This document shows, piece by piece, positions 53,302 to 64,000 of a stretch of DNA of 64,000 bases. The DNA is from Marsupella aquatica (Eukaryota > Plantae > Marchantiophyta). Below the pieces are notes generated by a model that saw nothing but the letters and a program-made list of their open reading frames with translations, made no database searches and was not told where the DNA came from. A program made the position numbers and the translations under genes. The stretch lies in assembly GCA_973895155.1 (NCBI GenBank), contig OZ316893.1, positions 8,518,963 through 8,582,962 on the forward strand, in the 5' to 3' direction. The first letter of the stretch is position 1. Each line of letters starts with the position of its first letter.

Positions 53302-55304
53302 CCTGTACTTCTTAAAGCACGTGCTAGACTCAGAGAATCAAGATCGATGTATTGATTTATCGTTGTATATAAAGAATGCAGTGACATTAGGTGGAGCGGA
53401 GGGAGCGAGTCTGTGTTGAACATGTAATTTGTACAGTCTTCAAAGCAAAAGATGGCTGGTTTCGGTGGACTCCAGTAACATAAAGTTTAATCACACTTGC
53501 GTATGCTCCGTATATTGTGAGAACGCTTGATTCTTTGGAAAGAGTGGGAAATCTCGTGCCACGAAATGAGCTTCGGGGCTTCTCGTCCTTCAAGTGCGTC
53601 ATTAGTGGCTTCTCAATAAATACTGTCTTATCCACTGATATGTTAGTCCTTATCTGGGAAGAAATAATTACCTCAACAAGATTCAACGATTCTCAGAATC
53701 TGACGCATTTGGGCAAAGCTCAGAGGCAGCAAACGCGATTTCATTTATATGTACTCAGTTAATGTGAACAAGTTCAAATCTCGCAGGGATGAAAAGTTCT
53801 CGAGTTTAGTTCTAGCTTGGTTGTTACGCATAGACGAGGCTTTTTTATACTTGTATTTACCTTACTGCAGTACCTTTCCAACTCGATGCAATGCAGTGAA
53901 CACTATCTCAAAGAAACGATTGGGTGGATGGAACTTGGAGGAGATTGGACTAAAACTGAAAAAGAGGTAAAGACGGTAAGCGCAGACAACTAAGCGAAAT
54001 TTACATTCGGTCTGTTAGTGTTGTTTACAGGAGGATGCCATTTGTTCTGTGCTATCTTGTCAAAGGTGCATGGATGCAAACTGGCTTAGAAACATCAAAT
54101 TGTGGGTTTCATTTAGATAAGATCCCCTCTCCCCAATGACTGCGTTACTTTGTCTCGTCTTGAATCTGGCATTTGTGCCTTCTGTCTTGTAGTGCACTGC
54201 AATGAGAACTCGTCTCAAAGGTCGGCATTAAACTGTCTCAATTCTCAGGAGAGGTGATTCCAGGTTGACCTCTAATACTTCTTGGATTGTTGAGCGTGTA
54301 GGGGTGGAAAGCATTCATCGTCAAGCTGTAACTACGTTTGCCGCACAATAGACGAAGTAGGCAAACAAATTTTCAGTTCAGCCATGGCAAAATCAGGAGA
54401 ACACGTGCAAAGCAGTCACTTGTTTCTTGGGGCTTTGTCTTTGGTACTGAGGGTAGACATCCGTACTAAGCATTTGATCTCTTCACCCACTGTGCATCGG
54501 TCACTAACGACTTGTGGCCAATTTACATTGAGTGAAGCGTCGATATCGGCTTGCTTGTCCTGCAATTCTAACACCCACCCAGGCCAACCTTGTTTGCAGA
54601 AAGTTGTACTTTCAGTAAAGCCAAGCAATCTGCACTCGACAATAATAGTAGCAATCCGTGCAAATCCTGCTGTTATCAATCTGTTTATAACTGACAAATT
54701 CATCACAAAGAATGTGTCCCTCCTACTTGCGAGTCTGACAGGCCTTGCGATCCATCTTACTTATTTGACCCCCTAGTGTGCCAACCACAACACGTTCTTT
54801 GCAAGGTAACTTGGTATTAGAAAAGAAGGATGACAGAGCCAATCCGGCCCATTTGAATAGCATAATGTAAACAGGACTCAGAAATAGTGAAAGAATACTT
54901 TCACATGTCCTTTGCAGAGAAAGTTAAATGGATTTTAATAGGGATTCGAATTCCTATTCAGGACTCTGCCCAATTTATGTCATCACCATTCCTCTACCCA
55001 AGATTAAAGTTGAAAGTTGTATGGGACTTTGAGTGTCAGCACCGAAATTTTGCCTGAGGGCAACCACTATTGACACTAGACTATGGGTGCAAGAACCTAC
55101 CCCGACCCCCTGTAGAATCTTGGTTTGACAAATAATGACGAACTAATACATGGGCCACATCAGCTCTAAGATCAGTAGCTTCCCCTTAGAATACACGTTT
55201 GTGTAGACTGTGGAGGACTGGTGTGTACATTGCTTTAGACTCATGCCACTGATAAAAATGTTATGGGCTTGCCTACCGATTCTAATTGTGGACTACTACC
55301 GCTA

Positions 55305-59886
<4,582 letters not shown>

Positions 59887-61931
59887 CTTGGCACCCTTGC
59901 TAGGTTGCCTTGGATTCGGGACTCTCGAGACCGTTTCCCTGGAAGCCGCTCTGTAAAGAAGGCAGAGATATGAGCCCTATCGATGGGGCTCGTCCAGTCT
60001 GCGAGAGAAACAATCTCGGACCTTATGACAGTATTGGCCAGGCTGGTTCTGTTCCAGGGCAACCAGAACCGCAATGATTTAGTTATTGACCTGCCAGATC
60101 CCACAGGGTAAGTGGGCGACAGAACAGATCCAAACTTCCTCAAGTTCAGACTGAGATCACGGACAATATCAGATACAAGCTCCTTGAGGACATAATATGG
60201 CACGCCACCTGAACCGCAGCACACTAAGGCCTTCTGATGGACAACCTTGAGACCCCTTTGAACAAATTACGGACAGACAGAGCACGCTGAGTTTTCATCT
60301 CGACTGCCATCTATCGCTCTAGTGGCTTCCATCGTGCGCCTGTAGCGTTTACTGGCTACACCAGCCAAGGAGGCGGGCAGATTAGATCAATGCTAAGTGG
60401 ATCTGTTCCTGCGATAAAAGAGCACCCTAGTTTCTTGCTTCATCTCAGAATCAATCCTTCTCGTCTTTCTTCTTAATTCCAGACACCTTCGTGACGTGTA
60501 TTCTCTTCCTACTAATCCCCAGCCTCCTTCGTGAGTTGCACACTTCTCTATCTTCCGAAGGAAACTAGTACCACAACTCAGCCGCCCCCTTCGTCCGAGC
60601 TCTTGATAGCACTCAATCGGCGTCTTCCGCTTTACTGCTAACTAAACAAATATCAGCAGGCGTCGCCACTAACATACAACGGTGAGAAAGTAGGATCCAA
60701 TGACTCTCCAGTGGCCTCGCACGCACTTCTAAGTCACCGTCAAACACAACGAGACGGCAGCCAGGCCACGGAGATGAATACGCAAATGAGAACCTCAGAA
60801 CAGGGGAGAGTAAGGAAAGCCTACAAGACCTTCCCCAAAAAAGGAAGCACGGCAGGAAGCACGGCCGGACGACGCCTGAAACCGAAGAAAAGATTAATTA
60901 AATTGAAAATTCACCAAGCTCGGCGGCTGCAGCAGTTGCAGCTATTATCGTTGTACTTCAAAGTAGGTAAGCATTGTATGATCGCGTCTATCGCGACAAT
61001 CTTCTTAAGCTGCAGTAACTCCTAAGCTATGACCAGGCGAGAAGCAAGCGATTAAGGCTGGACCCTCTCTACCACGACACCACCAGCTCCTAATCGCCGA
61101 GAGGGATGTCCAATTAAATGAGACAAAACCCTACTGAGAGTTGTTTTCAACAAGCTAGCAGGCAGGCTGAGGCACAGCGCATCAGCAGGAAGAGACGAGA
61201 ACACGAAGGACAAAAAAGAAGTCGGGGACAGGAAACAAGGGAGACACCCAATTATGTAGCACCACGAGAATGGGAAACTTGAATGCAACTAACCCTTAAA
61301 AACTCCACGACCACAACAACGACCTTCCGAAACCCGCAGGAACTGATGCAGTTGCGTCGACCACAGACAACCACAGGATGCGCAACTGAGCCACAACAGC
61401 GTGGTCCAGGGCTCCACGCAGCAGCTGGAGCCTGGAGGATGTCGTGTGATCGACGAGACCAGATGAAGCGTGCAGGGGAGTCCGGGACGGGAGGAAGGAG
61501 AGAGGAAACGAGAACTAATTTCTCCAGAAACAGTCTTCAGAGTAGAAACAGAACAACGACGAGAGCATCTGATGAGGGATCAAAGACCAGAGCAAGAAGC
61601 GAGAAGTGCTGTCGATTGACCGGCGACTCGTGACGATGTCGGCGCTCGAAGCCGGATCAATCGAACAAGCGGACCTGCAGCGAGATTTCGAGCCGACACC
61701 AGCAATTCGTCACACATGCGACTGTTTGTCTCAAATCACGAATGAGCTTAAAAGCGAGCAGAGCAGTTCCCTCTCGTCACCAGACTCGCACGAAAGCTCT
61801 TCGCAATGGCGGGCGCTCAATAGGTACACCTACTGTTATAGACAGGTAAACTGCAGTACCTAACTCGGCCTCCGCCCGTCCGCCGCTTCTAGACTATTCT
61901 GGAGGGCTACTGGATAGAGGGCCGTCGACCC

Positions 61932-62094
61932 ATGCCACGCCGCAAACAGGTGAACTAGGTCTTCATATAAATAAACACGGGTATAGTTCTGTTTGGTGCT
62001 AACACGGACAAGCCATATCCGATCTGGACACGGGAGGGCGAGGAGTTCCTCACGTGCTTCACGACCAGGGACACGATGCCACGCCGCAAACAGG
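61932..62094. repeat. 19-bp perfect direct repeat flanking a 125-bp segment
   Basis: ATGCCACGCCGCAAACAGG at 61932-61950 and 62076-62094. Confidence 0.85.
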
Positions 62095-64000
62095 CACCAG
62101 ATGGGCCTTCCCAGTGTGCAAATCAGATACGTTTGCAGAGAAGATCCAGCCAGTGAAGAGAGGACAAGTGGGACAGGGAGCTTGTCCCTGGTTCTTGAAT
62201 TAAGGATGTCCCCCAACTCGAGGTGGCCACAGAGAGGCCGCTCGGCAGAGGCGGGTCAGGTCAGGGACTTGTCGCTGGACTTGACTCTTGACCTACAGTT
62301 AGGGTCTGAGGCCAGGAGGGGGCATGGACCTGGGTACTACAGGGCACAGGGTACACTGGTACTGGACAAGACGGGAGTCAGGAGGGGACACCCATGCTTT
62401 GCAACTTTGCAAGGGTTGCCGAGACCTATTTTGCCACTTTGGACGGCTCTGGGGCATTGGCCCGTACTGCCTAGGAAGGAGTACACTTCTAAAAATACGG
62501 GACTCACTTCTAATTCGCCGGACAGAAACAGAGTGTGCCAGGATTCGATGCATCCGTGGATCGCGAATATTTGTGCCTTCAAATCAGCACTTTACTTGGC
62601 AATAAAGTGTCAAAATGGGGGGCCCCAACGAACCAACAAAACACGGATCCACCAACACGCATCGAGCATCACCCACGCCCAACCATAGGTGAACGGCTGA
62701 ACGCAAGCGGGGGCTACCTGAGGCTGCCACGAAACGCAGGTGCCCCCACTAGGAGTGGTGTGAATATTAGGGAGTCCCAAACCTCTCTTTTCCTACTCCG
62801 GCACCAGTCAGCAACACATTCCTGGATAAAAAGTGGCGGACACTAAAATGCATGTCCGCACAAATGACCAAAAGTGGTAGTTTTGAACATCATTTTTCGC
62901 CGAAACTTCAGGGTTTGAGACGCCCTCCTACTAGACTCCCATTGCGGAAACATTCCATGGAACCAGGAACGGAAGTCAGGGCTGCTCACATGCAAATTGG
63001 CTCTTATCCTTAACTCTTCCAATTTGTGTCCTTTGGTTTTGTTTTTCCTCTGCATCTCCACTTATCCATATTGTGTCCAAAGTTGTCTCTAGATTGGTCA
63101 TTTCTATCATTCCAAATGCTTGCTCTGCTGGGACAGCTAGAACTGCAAGATTCACTATCATCCTTTGACAATCAACTTACAAAGTCCCTTTTTCTACCCA
63201 TTCTTTGTTACTCTTGGCCAATAGACACTTGTTCCATAGATTGCTGGCAAGCATCCTCTCTACTCAGTTTCGACCAATACATCTCAAAGAATCGCTACTC
63301 CCTCGTCCCAACCAATTGAGTAATATTCAGGATGCTCCCACACGGCTAGCACTAATTCACCAACCTGCATTGAGAAAGTATGCATCTGCATCCCTGCCCC
63401 AATTGGCCTACAGATGTGGGAGCTGAGGGCGGGGGAGATGGAGTAGTCTCCATTCTACCATTTCTTGACCAAATTATCTTGTTGACCCCAACTTCAGTGG
63501 ATGACAAATATTGTGGGAGATGACAAGAGATAGATGCACTTACATTGTATATATAATCGTTTAGTTGAAGGTGATGGTGCATCAGAATGTATTCTAAGAC
63601 ACATGCAACAAAAGCCTAAAGGCGACAAAGAAAACAAATCAAAGGGCCACAAGGAAAATGGGCCAAAATGTCGCAGCAGCACAGCCTGCCACACCAAAAC
63701 CCCAGGAACTCAACACTATTGTAGGTCTTTGGCCAGGAGTGGGTCTTAGTTAGCCACCTAAACATGGCCAATTGAAAGGTGAATCTCAAAGCACTTGAGA
63801 ATACCACAAGGGTGAGTAATGGCTTTTTCTAAGTTTATTAGGGTGTTTCTGTTTCTTCTCTTTACTCTGTACTCTGAAAGTGGTGAGAGCATGCAGTACT
63901 ACAACTTCTATAATTTCTATGACTAGGATTAGCCCACAAGCGGTCTTTTCATGCAGGTCAGCATGGCAGCTGTGGATTTGAAGTCCATTCAAGCAGAAAA

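Noticed and set aside
61993-62688. 231-aa ORF near the window end
   Set aside because: No ATG start or recognisable domain; likely decayed repeat or pseudogene DNA.

Overview
Eukaryotic land-plant nuclear DNA with GT-AG introns; a bryophyte- or liverwort-like host is my inference. There are six host protein-coding genes: a 5'-incomplete Enhancer-of-polycomb-related (EPCR-type) gene (+), RUVBL1 (-), ER glucosidase II alpha subunit (+), an intronless ~1879-aa repeat-containing protein with an N-terminal hydrophobic segment (-), DNA polymerase kappa (+) and an ER-type P2A Ca2+-ATPase (-). Between RUVBL1 and glucosidase II lies a three-level nest. A (TAC)n-associated ~110-bp repeat array is split by a 5'-truncated LINE with a 15-bp target-site duplication (TSD). 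The LINE is itself split by a 3.6-kb one-ended LTR-gag fragment and by a 40-bp insert with a 17-bp duplication. The 37-48 kb intergenic region is mostly decayed, CpG-depleted repeat DNA with several terminal-inverted-repeat (TIR) elements. It also holds the most unusual signal in the window: two CpG-rich, non-coding, densely self-complementary islands (~38.44-39.34 kb and ~42.19-42.87 kb). They are oriented back-to-back and share the motif TGCACTTAGGAAG-N4-GACT, which makes them candidates for an undescribed family of mobile structured RNAs. All identifications come from reading motifs by eye; no database searches were run.
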